Below are positions 25,648-35,961 of a stretch of DNA of 64,000 nucleotides, one piece after another (within the stretch, counting starts at the first letter, position 1; every line of letters starts with the position of its first letter). Under the pieces are notes generated by a model, which worked only from the letters and a program-made list of their open reading frames with translations, made no database searches and was not told where the DNA came from. A program made the translations under genes and the position numbers. This DNA comes from Candidatus Amesbacteria bacterium (GTDB taxonomy: Bacteria > Patescibacteriota > Microgenomatia > CAZETR01 > Amesbacteraceae), in assembly GCA_963736875.1 (NCBI GenBank), contig CAVTQH010000002.1, positions 270,663 to 334,662 of the forward strand, in the 5' to 3' direction.

Positions 25648-26871
25648 TTATTCATATCTTAAGGCTTCGATCGGCTGCAGTTTGGCGGCTTTCTGTGCCG
25701 GGTACCAGCCGAATAATACCCCGATTCCGGCCGAAACAGTAAACGCCAGCAGGACCGAACCGGGTGAGACCACAAAGACTGAATTGTTGACTTTCGAATA
25801 CACAAAAAATCCCGCAATTCCCGTCACAATGCCGAAAATTCCGCCCACAAAAGTCAGAATCACCGATTCAGTTAAAAACTGTGAGACTATAACTTTCTTT
25901 TTTGCCCCCAGTGCTTTTCTCAGACCGATTTCTCTGGTTCTTTCAGTCACTGACATCAGCATGATATTCATGATTCCGATCCCGCCGACCAAAAGTGAGA
26001 TTGCTGCCACTCCCGTCAGCATCGAGGTAAAAGTTCCGGCTACCTGAGACGCGGTTTCCAGAATATCGGCCTGAGACATGATGCGGAAGTCGGCATTGGC
26101 TACCTCTGAAATTTTATGCCTTTCCAATAATAGATACCCCACTTGATTCTGCGCCGTCGTCATCACTTTTTCACTTGCAGCTTCCAGCGCGATCGATGTC
26201 AGATGTTTCACTCCGAAGATCTGCTTTTGGGCTGTTGTCAGTGGTACATAAATTCTGTCATCCTGGTTTTGGAAACCCGAGCCACCCTTTGATTTTGTTA
26301 CCCCTATGACCTGGAAAGTTTTTCCTGAAATTCTGATCGATTGACCTACCGGATTTACTCCTCCGCTGAAAAGATCCTCTGCCACAGTCGGTCCTAAAAC
26401 CGCAACTTTGGACATTGCTGTTACATTCTGCAGGGTGATAAATGATCCTGAGGTGACAGCCAGTTTTCTGACTTGGGAATAAACCGGTTCCACGCCTACA
26501 ATGGTGGTATTTGTGTTATTCCTCCCGGCGGTTACCTGGGCCCGGCCGGTATATTCGGGTGAAACGTTTTTCACCGTTGTAATTTTGGCCGAAGTTTTAA
26601 TCGCCTGGGCATCTTCATTTGTTAAAGTTGTCCCTCCGCCCATCGCCCCGCGTACCCCTCCCGACGATTGGAATCCCGGTGAAACCGTCAGCAGGTTTGA
26701 CCCGATCGACTCGATCTGGGATTGAACGGCCAGTTTGCTTGCCTGCCCCATCGACATCAGGGCAATCACGCTTCCGATCCCGATCACAATCCCGAGAATC
26801 GCCAGGCCGGTCCTCATTTTATTTACGGCCAGGTTTCGGATTCCGTTTTTCAGTAGTTTTTTAATATTCAT
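25648..26871 (-). CDS. MacB-family ABC permease
   Basis: R..L..LGIVIGI.SV, GGIGIMNIM..SVTERTREIGLRKALGA, P.EALRYE. Confidence 0.92.
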   Translation of the reverse strand: MNIKKLLKNGIRNLAVNKMRTGLAILGIVIGIGSVIALMSMGQASKLAVQSQIESIGSNLLTVSPGFQSSGGVRGAMGGGTTLTNEDAQAIKTSAKITTVKNVSPEYTGRAQVTAGRNNTNTTIVGVEPVYSQVRKLAVTSGSFITLQNVTAMSKVAVLGPTVAEDLFSGGVNPVGQSIRISGKTFQVIGVTKSKGGSGFQNQDDRIYVPLTTAQKQIFGVKHLTSIALEAASEKVMTTAQNQVGYLLLERHKISEVANADFRIMSQADILETASQVAGTFTSMLTGVAAISLLVGGIGIMNIMLMSVTERTREIGLRKALGAKKKVIVSQFLTESVILTFVGGIFGIVTGIAGFFVYSKVNNSVFVVSPGSVLLAFTVSAGIGVLFGWYPAQKAAKLQPIEALRYE

Positions 26872-27581
26872 GCTTTTTTTGATTTTCGTTGCTTATGTCC
26901 GTTGCCGTCCTGGACAATCTTTCCGTCCCGGATATGAATGATCCGTTTCGCATATTCCGCGATATCCGATTCATGGGTAATCATCACTATTGTATGTCCT
27001 TGTGCATTCAGCTTCTGGAATATTTCCATGATCTCTTCGGCCTGGGTAGTGGCGATATTTCCGGTCGGTTCGTCAGCCAAAAGTATTGCCGGATCCATCA
27101 CCAGTGCCCTGGCTATGGCGACCCGTTGCTGTTGTCCGCCCGAGAGTTTATTCGGGGGGTAATTCATCCGGTCGGACAGTCCCACCATCTCCAATAATTT
27201 TATTGCCTTCTCGGGTTGTTCTGTTTCAGATATTCCGGCATATTCCATGGGTACAATGACATTATCCAACGCAGATGTCCGGGGCAGAAGGTTGTATGCC
27301 TGAAAAATAAACCCGACTTTTTTATTCCTGATTTCCGCCAATTCATCATCACTCAAGTTTCCCACATTCTGCCCGTCCAGGCGGTAGCTTCCGCTCGTTG
27401 GCAGATCCAGGGCTCCCAGAATATGCATTAATGTGGATTTTCCCGATCCTGACGGTCCCATAATTGCCACAAATTCCCCTCTGTCAATATTTAAAGATAC
27501 ATCCGACAGAACCACCGTTTCCAAATCATCGGTTTTATACACCTTTGACAGATGGTCCACTTGAATGATCGGGGTTGTCAT
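26868..27581 (-). CDS. ABC transporter ATP-binding protein (LolD/MacB-type)
   Basis: GPSGSGKST, LSGGQQQR, LADEPTG. Confidence 0.95.
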   Translation of the reverse strand: MTTPIIQVDHLSKVYKTDDLETVVLSDVSLNIDRGEFVAIMGPSGSGKSTLMHILGALDLPTSGSYRLDGQNVGNLSDDELAEIRNKKVGFIFQAYNLLPRTSALDNVIVPMEYAGISETEQPEKAIKLLEMVGLSDRMNYPPNKLSGGQQQRVAIARALVMDPAILLADEPTGNIATTQAEEIMEIFQKLNAQGHTIVMITHESDIAEYAKRIIHIRDGKIVQDGNGHKQRKSKKA

Positions 27582-27588
27582 GACAGTT

Positions 27589-28971
27589 CTAGAAGCCTCC
27601 GGGAGGTCCGCCCCCCTCTATTCTTATTGTTCCGCGGTTAAAGGTATTGGATCCTCCCCCGATTCCGCTGAATGGGGAAGTGGTGTCGGTGCCGGTTTGG
27701 CTGCTGCTTTGCGCTGTTATCACCGAGGTCACTACTTCATCACCTTCGCTTATTCCGGAAACAATCTCGGTCTGGGAATCATTTGCGCTTCCGACTTCCA
27801 CCTGCACGGTGGTGTATTTACCGTCTTTTTTCACCTGGATTGTTGATTCCCCGTCAGCTGTTGAAATCGCGGTGCTCGGAACCAACACCACGTCACTTTT
27901 GATGCTGGTAATAATTTCCGCGTTGACGGACATGTTCGGATAAATGTCCACTGTTACCGGATCCAGAAGGATTGTTACCGGATATGACGTTACCCCGGAG
28001 CTGACACTGCCGCCGGTGTTTACCGCCAGTATTTTACCGGTAAATGACATGTCAGGGAAAGCATCCAGCGTCAGGCTGACTTTCTGATTGGCTTTTACAC
28101 TGACAACATCAACCTCTGACAGATTAACCGTGGAGATCAGCTGCCCTTTGTTGCTGATCTTTCCGATGGTCTGGGCAGATACAATAGTGGCTCCGCTGGT
28201 ATTACTGGTGGCGGAACTGGCGTTGACCACCACTCCGGGAGCCAGCATCAAATCACTGATCACCCCGTCGGCCGGGGCAGTAATTGTTGATGAATTTTCC
28301 TGATAATTCCGCAGCGCCGCTGCTACCTGTGCATTGGCATTGGTAATATCCGCCCCGGCATTTAGATATCTGGCTTCAGATACCGTAAAAGCTTTTCGGG
28401 TCTGGTCCAGGGTTTTGGTAATGATCATCCGCTCGCCGTCGGTGTATACCTCATGCGTGGCCGGATTGGTGTCATCATCGTTCATATCATCAACTGCCTC
28501 CTGGGCATCCAATACTGCCTGCCGGTCATTCCACATCTGGATATCGGTAACGGCTTTGGCGTTCACTGCTTCTTTTACCGCAACCGTCGCATCCAGGTAT
28601 GCTACCCAGGCCGCTGTCTGTCTTTCCAGGGCGTAATCATCCAATTTTATTTCTGCGATTTTTTGGCCTTTTTTTACGGCATTCCCGTTTGTTACATATA
28701 CGCTGTCCACCACCCCGGATACTTTTGTGGTGACACTGGTGTTATTTCCCGAAGTAATTGACCCCGAACCGGAAATGGAAGTTATCAATGTTCCTTTTTC
28801 TGCCACCGCTGTCTGATATTGTACGGCTTCTGAATTCCTGTTAATTATTTTATATCCGGCCCAGCCACCGGCCAAAAGAAGTAACAATACCGGGAGAATC
28901 TTCACCTTCATCGGCCTTTTATTAAACCATTTTTTTAAGATTTTCATTGTATTTATTAATTTGAGTTTCAT
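27589..28971 (-). CDS. efflux periplasmic adaptor (MacA/HlyD family)
   Basis: lipoyl-like SGVV..V.V..G..VKKGQ, I.AP.DGV, EI.SG.SEGDEV. Confidence 0.88.
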   Translation of the reverse strand: MKLKLINTMKILKKWFNKRPMKVKILPVLLLLLAGGWAGYKIINRNSEAVQYQTAVAEKGTLITSISGSGSITSGNNTSVTTKVSGVVDSVYVTNGNAVKKGQKIAEIKLDDYALERQTAAWVAYLDATVAVKEAVNAKAVTDIQMWNDRQAVLDAQEAVDDMNDDDTNPATHEVYTDGERMIITKTLDQTRKAFTVSEARYLNAGADITNANAQVAAALRNYQENSSTITAPADGVISDLMLAPGVVVNASSATSNTSGATIVSAQTIGKISNKGQLISTVNLSEVDVVSVKANQKVSLTLDAFPDMSFTGKILAVNTGGSVSSGVTSYPVTILLDPVTVDIYPNMSVNAEIITSIKSDVVLVPSTAISTADGESTIQVKKDGKYTTVQVEVGSANDSQTEIVSGISEGDEVVTSVITAQSSSQTGTDTTSPFSGIGGGSNTFNRGTIRIEGGGPPGGF

Positions 28972-28989
28972 GCTGTATTAATAACTTAT

Positions 28990-30015
28990 TTATTTAAGCT
29001 GAAATTTTGCCAAAACAGGTAATTTAACTGTAAAAGTGGTACCTTTTTTGGCTTCACTTTCAACTGAAATTGATCCGCGGTGCATCTCAACAATCTGTTT
29101 GGCAATGGAAAGCCCCAGTCCGTACCCGCTGACTTTTTCTTTGGAGCGGGTACTGTCTGCCCGGTAAAACCGGTCAAAGATATGCGGCAAATCTTTCTTG
29201 TCTATTCCCGGACCTTTATCCCTGATCGAAATTAATATATTTCCGTCGGATCTTCCGGCACTTATAGTCACCTTGGCCTTTTCGGGACTGTACTTGATGG
29301 CATTATCCAATAAAATTACCACTAACTCTTCCAGGCTGTATCTGTTTCCTTCAATTTCGCCTTTAGTAATATCGCCGGCAATGACAATATCTTTTTTCCT
29401 GGCCAGGGGGGTGATTTTTTTTACAGCTTCGTTAACTGCTTCTGCCACATCGAGTTTTTCAAATTTTGTCTGATGATTGGATTTTTGATATTGTGCCAGT
29501 TGCAGCAGTGAATCAGATAATACCTGGAGTTTGTCCACTTCAACTATGGAACCGGCAATCAGATTCTTGGCATCTGATAAAGCCAGCTTCTTATCCCGCA
29601 GATGTACTTCCATGGAGCTTTTCAAAGCGGTCAGGGGAGTCCGCAGTTCATGCGAGGCGTCGGAGATAAAACGGTTTTGTTCGTCCACCATTTCCATAAT
29701 CGGTTTAAGTGTCCTTCCTGCCAGGAAATATCCGAAAACCCCGGAAATAACTAAAATTCCTGCGTTAACGACCACCAGCATCAATGCAATCCGCTGTTCC
29801 GTTTCTTTTACCAAATCCGTATCCCTGAAAGAAACCGGCGGCGGCGGTGCTCCCCTGTCTATAAATCTTCTTTCAATCCGGAAACGCTGAGCCATCTCAA
29901 ACCGCTGCACTTCCAGATGCAGCATATTGTAAATGACCAGGCTGAACGAGATACTGACCAGCATGATAATTAAAAGATACCAGGCAGTCAGTTTAAGACG
30001 GGCTGAATGGAACAT
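28990..30015 (-). CDS. sensor histidine kinase
   Basis: F..DASHELRTPL H-box, LDNAIKYS, D.GPGI, FDRFYR, GYGLGL. Confidence 0.95.
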   Translation of the reverse strand: MFHSARLKLTAWYLLIIMLVSISFSLVIYNMLHLEVQRFEMAQRFRIERRFIDRGAPPPPVSFRDTDLVKETEQRIALMLVVVNAGILVISGVFGYFLAGRTLKPIMEMVDEQNRFISDASHELRTPLTALKSSMEVHLRDKKLALSDAKNLIAGSIVEVDKLQVLSDSLLQLAQYQKSNHQTKFEKLDVAEAVNEAVKKITPLARKKDIVIAGDITKGEIEGNRYSLEELVVILLDNAIKYSPEKAKVTISAGRSDGNILISIRDKGPGIDKKDLPHIFDRFYRADSTRSKEKVSGYGLGLSIAKQIVEMHRGSISVESEAKKGTTFTVKLPVLAKFQLK

Positions 30016-30035
30016 ATATTTTTATCCGAATTATT

Positions 30036-30710
30036 TTAGTCAGAGATTTTATATCCGAATCCTCTGACGGTTTGAATTAATGGTTTAACTTTTTTAAAAG
30101 GGAGATCGATTTTATTTCTGAGGTTTCTCATATTTACTTCCACCGTATTCGGCAAAACATCGGCTTCATAATCCCATACGTGATTGATAATTTGTTCTTT
30201 GGTCAGAATTTGTCCGGAATGCCGCATTAAATATTCCAAAAGCGAAAATTCCTTGCTCGAAAGCCTGATTGTCTGATTCTGACGCCTCACTTCAAAGGAT
30301 TTGGTGTCCAGATGCAAATCACCGACCGTTAACACCGTATTCAGTGTTTCTTTCGGGCGTCTGGTAAGCGCCCGGATTCTGGCCAGAAGTTCTTCGAAAG
30401 AAAAAGGTTTGGTCAGATAATCATCTGCTCCCGAGTCCAGACCCTCGATTTTATCCCGGATTTGTCCTTTGGCAGTCAGCATCAAAATCGGAGTATGAAT
30501 CTGTTTGGCCCGCAGCTCCCGGCAGACTTTTATTCCGTCCATCCCGGGAAGCAGCAGATCCAGAATTATCAGGTCATAGTCTTCGGAAGATGCCAGATCA
30601 AATCCGTCATTACCGTCAAAAGCCACGTCCACGGCGTATTTTTCCTGCTCCAATCCTTTTTTAATGGAGTTGGCTATCAAATGTTCGTCTTCCACCACCA
30701 GCAGTCTCAT
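30036..30710 (-). CDS. OmpR/PhoB-family response regulator
   Basis: receiver VED...LD...GADDYLTKPF, wHTH TVRGFGY. Confidence 0.95.
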   Translation of the reverse strand: MRLLVVEDEHLIANSIKKGLEQEKYAVDVAFDGNDGFDLASSEDYDLIILDLLLPGMDGIKVCRELRAKQIHTPILMLTAKGQIRDKIEGLDSGADDYLTKPFSFEELLARIRALTRRPKETLNTVLTVGDLHLDTKSFEVRRQNQTIRLSSKEFSLLEYLMRHSGQILTKEQIINHVWDYEADVLPNTVEVNMRNLRNKIDLPFKKVKPLIQTVRGFGYKISD

Positions 30711-30732
30711 GACACCAGATTATATCCTCAAA

Positions 30733-30749
30733 GCTGAAAATTAGCTGAA
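30733..30749 (-). promoter_or_regulatory. putative autoregulatory tandem box at the -35 region of the RR promoter
   Basis: GCTGAA-N5-GCTGAA on +; minus-strand TATAAT at 30719-30724. Confidence 0.55.
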
Positions 30750-30786
30750 AAACTAATTATTTGGCCATTAGAGTAAAATTATCTTA

Positions 30787-31407
30787 ATGAATCTGAAAAT
30801 TTCCGGTTTGATTCTTTTGTCTTTTCTGGTGGGGATATTCCTTTATCCCTATTTGCCTTCATACATGGCTTCACACTGGGGCATTACCGGCCAAGTCGAT
30901 GGCTATATGACCAAATTCTGGGGTGTTTTTTTCATGCCTTTCTTATCCGTATTTTTGTTCGGACTGTTTCTAATCCTTCCCAAAATCGATCCTAAAAAAG
31001 CCAATATTGCCAAATTCCGCCCCCATTTTGACCGCTATATTTTGGTCATGATGCTGTTCCTTTTTTATCTTTACTTACTGACGCTTATCTGGAACCTGGG
31101 AGCCAGGTTTAATCTGATGCAATTTCTGTCTCCGGCATTTGCGGTTCTTTTTTATTTCACCGGTATTCTTGTAGAAAACGCCCAACCCAACTGGTTTATC
31201 GGTATCCGCACCCCCTGGACTTTATCCAGTCCCCGGGTGTGGCAGAAAACCCATACTCTGGGAGGCAAACTGTTCAGATACTGCGGGATAATCGCGCTTT
31301 TGGGTATATTTTTCCCCGAACTTCTGATTTTATGGATATTTGTCCCTGCGTTTGCTACGACTGTCTGGACTCTTATTTATTCCTATCTCGAATTTTCCCG
31401 CCGATAA
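30787..31407 (+). CDS. SdpI-family (DUF1648) membrane protein
   Basis: LP...ASHW...G.VDG, N.FIGIRTPWTL....W.KTH..GG. Confidence 0.85.
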   Translation: MNLKISGLILLSFLVGIFLYPYLPSYMASHWGITGQVDGYMTKFWGVFFMPFLSVFLFGLFLILPKIDPKKANIAKFRPHFDRYILVMMLFLFYLYLLTLIWNLGARFNLMQFLSPAFAVLFYFTGILVENAQPNWFIGIRTPWTLSSPRVWQKTHTLGGKLFRYCGIIALLGIFFPELLILWIFVPAFATTVWTLIYSYLEFSRR

Positions 31408-32146
31408 TATATCCCGCGGTAGCTGCAAGTCCGATCGCCAGTATTCCATTCAAATACTTATTTCTGATGTGAGCTCTGTCAATATCATCCTGGTCTAACC
31501 TGGCGGGATTATTTCCTTTTGAAATCCTGATCCGGTCTGCAGTTGATATCACATTACCCAGAGTCAAGGCGGTATCGATCGGAGGCTGTAATGAGGGCGC
31601 GGCAGCAGCCACAACTTCCAGGATGGTTCTGGGAGCATGAGTTCCCAATACTCCCAGTCCTCTGCCGTTTTCCGGTACGGGTTTGCCTTTAATTTCTGCC
31701 AGTGTTTTTGCCCAGCTTGGCCCGGTTAAAGTTACCGCTTCCGCCAGTGCAGCCGTTTGTCCCCATTTAGTGTTTCGTTGCCCGGCGGTTTCCGCCCGCA
31801 GCAAAGCTCTGGCTATGGCTGAAATTCTGTCCGTTATCACATCTACCAGCTGGCCCCGGTTGGGATCATTACCCTGTTTTCTGGCCAGACTTCCGTCTAA
31901 AAGATCCGTTGATATCCCCAAAACCATCGCTGCCACCGGACCCAGTGGATTTTTAGCTTTCCGGTCCGGTTTGTTTTGTTCATGCGCCCAAACCGCTCCC
32001 GCAACAGTCAATATACCTCCGAATACAGTTAATCCATCTGCTTTTACCCCCAGCTTATCCAAAGCATCCACAGCCGGTCCCAGATTAATTTTTTTTCTCC
32101 ACCCGGAATCACGGGTCAAAGAACCTTCAGTTTTCTCAAAAGACAT
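31373..32146 (-). CDS. CDP-alcohol phosphatidyltransferase family protein
   Basis: DLLDGSLAR-x8-GQLVDVITD signature. Confidence 0.75.
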   Translation of the reverse strand: MSFEKTEGSLTRDSGWRKKINLGPAVDALDKLGVKADGLTVFGGILTVAGAVWAHEQNKPDRKAKNPLGPVAAMVLGISTDLLDGSLARKQGNDPNRGQLVDVITDRISAIARALLRAETAGQRNTKWGQTAALAEAVTLTGPSWAKTLAEIKGKPVPENGRGLGVLGTHAPRTILEVVAAAAPSLQPPIDTALTLGNVISTADRIRISKGNNPARLDQDDIDRAHIRNKYLNGILAIGLAATAGYIIGGKIRDRNK

Positions 32147-32160
32147 CCGGCCATTATACC

Positions 32161-32544
32161 CTAATGTTCATGTTCCTCAGCCGCCATGGCTTCTGCCTTG
32201 GTCTTATGCACCGTTTTATCGGGATGATTCGGAGGGGAATAAATGGTATATAGCTGTAAAGACTCTGTCTTGGAGGTGTTGATAATATTATGGTTTGTTC
32301 CGGCCGGGACAATTGCTGCCCACCCGTCTTTTACCGCTTGCTCCTCACCGTCCATAATTACTTTTCCCTCCCCGCTTTCAAACCTGAAAAACTGATCCAC
32401 ATTGGCATGGACCTCCATTCCGATTTCCTCTCCCGGTTTCAGACTCATTAATACCAGCTGACAATGTTTGCCGGTAAATATCACCTGGCGGAAAAACTTA
32501 TTTTCGGCTGTTTGATCTTCGATATTTCCTGTATAACCTTTCAC
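32161..32544 (-). CDS. cupin domain protein
   Basis: IGMEVH...DQFF, VPAGTNHNI, YSPPNH. Confidence 0.88.
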   Translation of the reverse strand: MKGYTGNIEDQTAENKFFRQVIFTGKHCQLVLMSLKPGEEIGMEVHANVDQFFRFESGEGKVIMDGEEQAVKDGWAAIVPAGTNHNIINTSKTESLQLYTIYSPPNHPDKTVHKTKAEAMAAEEHEH

Positions 32545-32576
32545 TTTTTTATTTCACCTCCTTCATTAATTATTTT

Positions 32577-33203
32577 TTAATACTGTATAACCAGTTCATT
32601 GGAGTATACTCCACAGGCTTCTTTCTCAAAGCTGCAAACCCGGAAGTAATAAATTTTACCTGCTGCCAGAGGGCTGATCTGATACTCACTGGCTACAGGA
32701 TTGCTTAGATAATAATGATAATCCCCTTCACGGGGAGGATATGTCGGACCGGGGTTGGCAGACCAAATTACTTCAAATCCCCGGGGGGAATAACCTTTCA
32801 CCTGCCAGCCAAGAAGCATTGTCCCGTCTCCTTTTTGACCGGTTAAAGTAATTGACCTGACAGTGTAACTTCCGCTCGGAGATCCGCTGCCGGTCGGTGT
32901 GGCGGGGATGTTGGTCGGGATTACTTCAACTGCCTTAACGGGTTCGGTTGTGGGTTTGGGTGTCGGCAGGGGAGACACCTGAGGGCTGATAATTTTCTTT
33001 TGCGGCTTTTCCATGGTTAATCCCAGATAACCGGCTCCGGACACAGTCATAATCAAAAGTCCCAGAGCGACAATTATTCCCCATCTTTTTCCGCCGCCGC
33101 CGCTGACCGGTTTGTTTTCAAATGCGGGTTTAAGAACACTGGTCTGGGGGTTTTCCGTTTGAGTTTCCGTACCTATTACGGGAGGCTGATTAACAGGTTC
33201 CAT
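32577..33203 (-). CDS. membrane-anchored protein with C-terminal FN3-like domain
   Basis: TM, Pro/Thr linker, L.W...YYFRVC.......YSN. Confidence 0.6.
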   Translation of the reverse strand: MEPVNQPPVIGTETQTENPQTSVLKPAFENKPVSGGGGKRWGIIVALGLLIMTVSGAGYLGLTMEKPQKKIISPQVSPLPTPKPTTEPVKAVEVIPTNIPATPTGSGSPSGSYTVRSITLTGQKGDGTMLLGWQVKGYSPRGFEVIWSANPGPTYPPREGDYHYYLSNPVASEYQISPLAAGKIYYFRVCSFEKEACGVYSNELVIQY

Positions 33204-33305
33204 AGTCTCAAAAACTATGTCTTACCGGTATGAAATTGTCAAGCTTTAAGGTTGCTTATTATCATCCGTTTCGAATATACTTGCGAAGTCTTTATCACAA
33301 AAAAT

Positions 33306-34539
33306 ATGAGTAAAATTAATTTTTACAGGCTTTTAAAAAGCGAACTGTCCCGGTTGGATACCCTGAAGGTGACCAAACGCCGCGAAAAAGTTATCACCGG
33401 TTTTACGAAAAGGTAAAGCCCTGATTGATAATCGCTCATTTCTGGTTTTCAACTCAAACGATTATTTAGGTTTTCGTTTTCGTCCGAAACTGCTGGACGC
33501 CGAGCATCGGGCGGCTGAAAAATACGGTACCGGGCCGGGGGCCGTGCGTTTTATTTCCGGGACATTAAAAATATATCAGGAGCTGGAGGAAGCTTTAGCA
33601 TCTTTTCATCAGCGTGAAGCGGCGATGTTATTCGGAAGCGCTTTTTCAGCCAATCTGGCGGCAATATCATGTTTGATTAAAGGTCAAAATAAAGATTCAT
33701 TGGTCAATTCAGACACCTTGGTAATTTCCGATGAATTAAACCACAGAAGTATTGTTGAAGGCATTCGGGTAGCCAATCTTCCTGATACCCAAAAAATAAT
33801 CTTCCCGCACTTTAATTTATCAAAGTTAGACGAAATATTATCTGAAAATGCGGGTAAATATTCACGGGTATTAATAATTACAGACGGAGTATTCAGCATG
33901 CTTGGTGAATTTCAAAATTTGAAAATAATGCGGGAGATTACTGATAAACATAATAATAAATATTCTCAGGGGGTTTTGCTTATAGTTGACGATTGCCATG
34001 GAATAGGAGTTTTGGGAAAAAGCGGCAGGGGAGTGGAAGAAACATCGGGGGTTAAAAGTGATGTTTTAGTGGGTACTTTGGGGAAAGCTTTCGGTGCTGA
34101 CGGCGGGTATGTGACAGGAGACCGGATATTAATTGATTACCTTCGGGAGTCAGCGGCAACATATATTTATTCCAATCCGGTTTCACCCGGAACGGCCGGA
34201 GCGGCTTTGGCGGCTGTTCGTCTGATCAGGTCCCCCGCCGGTAAAAAAATCATAGCTGGTCTTCAAAAAAACATTTATGAGTTTAAACGCCTTTTATCCG
34301 GTTCCGGAGTTATTTTTGCTGTCGATTCATCCCACGCCATTCAGCCCCTGCTCTTAGGCGATACCGCCAAAGCCAAAGCTCTGGAATCATATCTTTTCCG
34401 ACACGGAATATTAACCACCAGCATTACTTATCCGGTAGTCCCCAAAGGGCGTGACGAAATCCGGGTTCAGCTGTCAGCCGCCCATACCCGGGAAGATCTC
34501 AAATATTTTGCCAAGATCGTAAATAACTTCTACAATTAA
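33306..34539 (+). CDS. class II PLP aminotransferase (Kbl/BioF-like), frameshift near 33410
   Basis: DELNH.SI, DGVFSM.G, VDDCHG, GTLGKAFG (PLP Lys); upstream NSNDYLG segment. Confidence 0.85.
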
Positions 34540-34542
34540 TAT

Positions 34543-35508
34543 ATGCGTCACGGTTCAATTATATTTGTTCCCCTGGCATTTGCTTTGGTAATCACTCTGG
34601 CCGGATTGGGTTACTTTTTCAGCACCAAAAGCAATTCTTCTTATACCGACCAGCTGCCCGTGTTTTCCGCTCCGACTCTGATCCCGACACCCACTTCCAC
34701 CCCCACACCGACCCCCACCCCCACACCAATCCCCACTCCCACAGCCGTTCCTTCACCCAAACCTACTGTCAAACCGACCTTGCCCCCGATCTCCGGACCG
34801 CCGGGAACAGGTTTGACCAGAGCCACGGTGGCCACTCCCAAAGGCAATTTCCTAGCCACAGTCATGACTTTTGACATGAGTTCCACCCGGATGATTACCG
34901 ATACGGGAAATGATAACAACTGTGCTACGGGTTGCGTGACTATGCCTCTGGCAAATTATATCGCCCGCTCCGGGGGATTTGCTGGTGTTAACGGGACATA
35001 TTTCTGTCCGGCTACTTATCCGGACTGTGCTTCAAAAACCGACAGTTTTGATTTTCCCGTCTACAATTCCCGGCTGAATAAATGGATCAACGGCGATAAG
35101 TTGGGATGGGCGGAGCGCAGGGCAATTTTTTATACCGACGGTTCCGGAGCTCACTTCCAAAATAACTCGGCCGGTTTCGGCGGGGGATTAAACGCCGGTA
35201 TCATTAATTACCCCGGTTTGGTTGACGGGGGAAATATTCAAATTGACGACAATCAGTCCGGTTTGTCGGAAAAACAGCGGGCCAAAGGCACCAAGGTGGG
35301 GATTGGTCTTAGAAACTCCAGCACCGTTATGGTGGTGATTGCCTCAAACGTTAATATGCTTGAATTTGCCCATGTTTTTAAAAGCTTAGGGGCAACCGGC
35401 GCACTCAATCTGGATACTGGCGGATCCACCGCGGCTGTATATAATGGGGGATATATTTACGGCCCGGGCAGGGCTTTACCCAATGCGGTGGTCTTTGCCA
35501 GGAAATAA
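34543..35508 (+). CDS. phosphodiester glycosidase (NAGPA)-like exported protein
   Basis: AGVNGTYF, ALNLDTGGST, R.LPNA; PT-repeat linker. Confidence 0.75.
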   Translation: MRHGSIIFVPLAFALVITLAGLGYFFSTKSNSSYTDQLPVFSAPTLIPTPTSTPTPTPTPTPIPTPTAVPSPKPTVKPTLPPISGPPGTGLTRATVATPKGNFLATVMTFDMSSTRMITDTGNDNNCATGCVTMPLANYIARSGGFAGVNGTYFCPATYPDCASKTDSFDFPVYNSRLNKWINGDKLGWAERRAIFYTDGSGAHFQNNSAGFGGGLNAGIINYPGLVDGGNIQIDDNQSGLSEKQRAKGTKVGIGLRNSSTVMVVIASNVNMLEFAHVFKSLGATGALNLDTGGSTAAVYNGGYIYGPGRALPNAVVFARK

Positions 35509-35513
35509 TTATT

Positions 35514-35915
35514 ATGACCGGTCCCAATTTGATTTCCGAAAAAGTCGATCTGACGGCTCTGATTAATTCCCACATAGATCTGATTGACCGTCTGAAAAAA
35601 GAACGGAGCCAGCTTAAAGAGATGTTGGATGATTTTTTCCGAAATGACTCCACCTTCCAGACCCATGACGCCGCGGCCAAAGAAGCTTCAAAGATCCGGA
35701 CCCAGACAAAAAAACAGATATTAAAACAGCCTCAGGCTGCGGATCTGGCCGGCCGCATCCAGTCTCTGGCCTCGCAGATCAAAGAGCACAACGGGGAATT
35801 GTCGGGGTATCTCCAGGATTACAGTAGGACTTCCGGAACCAATTCGTTCGAAACTCCGGACGGCGAAGTTCGCCAGATAATCTACGTGGCCAGGCTGACA
35901 AAAATCGGCAAATAG
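35514..35915 (+). CDS. hypothetical coiled-coil protein
   Basis: 133 aa ORF in operon context. Confidence 0.7.
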   Translation: MTGPNLISEKVDLTALINSHIDLIDRLKKERSQLKEMLDDFFRNDSTFQTHDAAAKEASKIRTQTKKQILKQPQAADLAGRIQSLASQIKEHNGELSGYLQDYSRTSGTNSFETPDGEVRQIIYVARLTKIGK

Positions 35916-35949
35916 GTTACGGGTTGTGAGTTGTAAGTTGTGAGTAGTA
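35915..35949 (+). repeat. five imperfect 7-bp tandem repeats
   Basis: GGTTACG GGTTGTG AGTTGTA AGTTGTG AGTAGTA. Confidence 0.6.
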
Positions 35950-35961
35950 TTATATTAATGT

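Noticed and set aside
21950-34780. Pro/Thr codon repeats (about 21950-22120 and 34680-34770)
   Set aside because: Ordinary low-complexity linkers in surface proteins.
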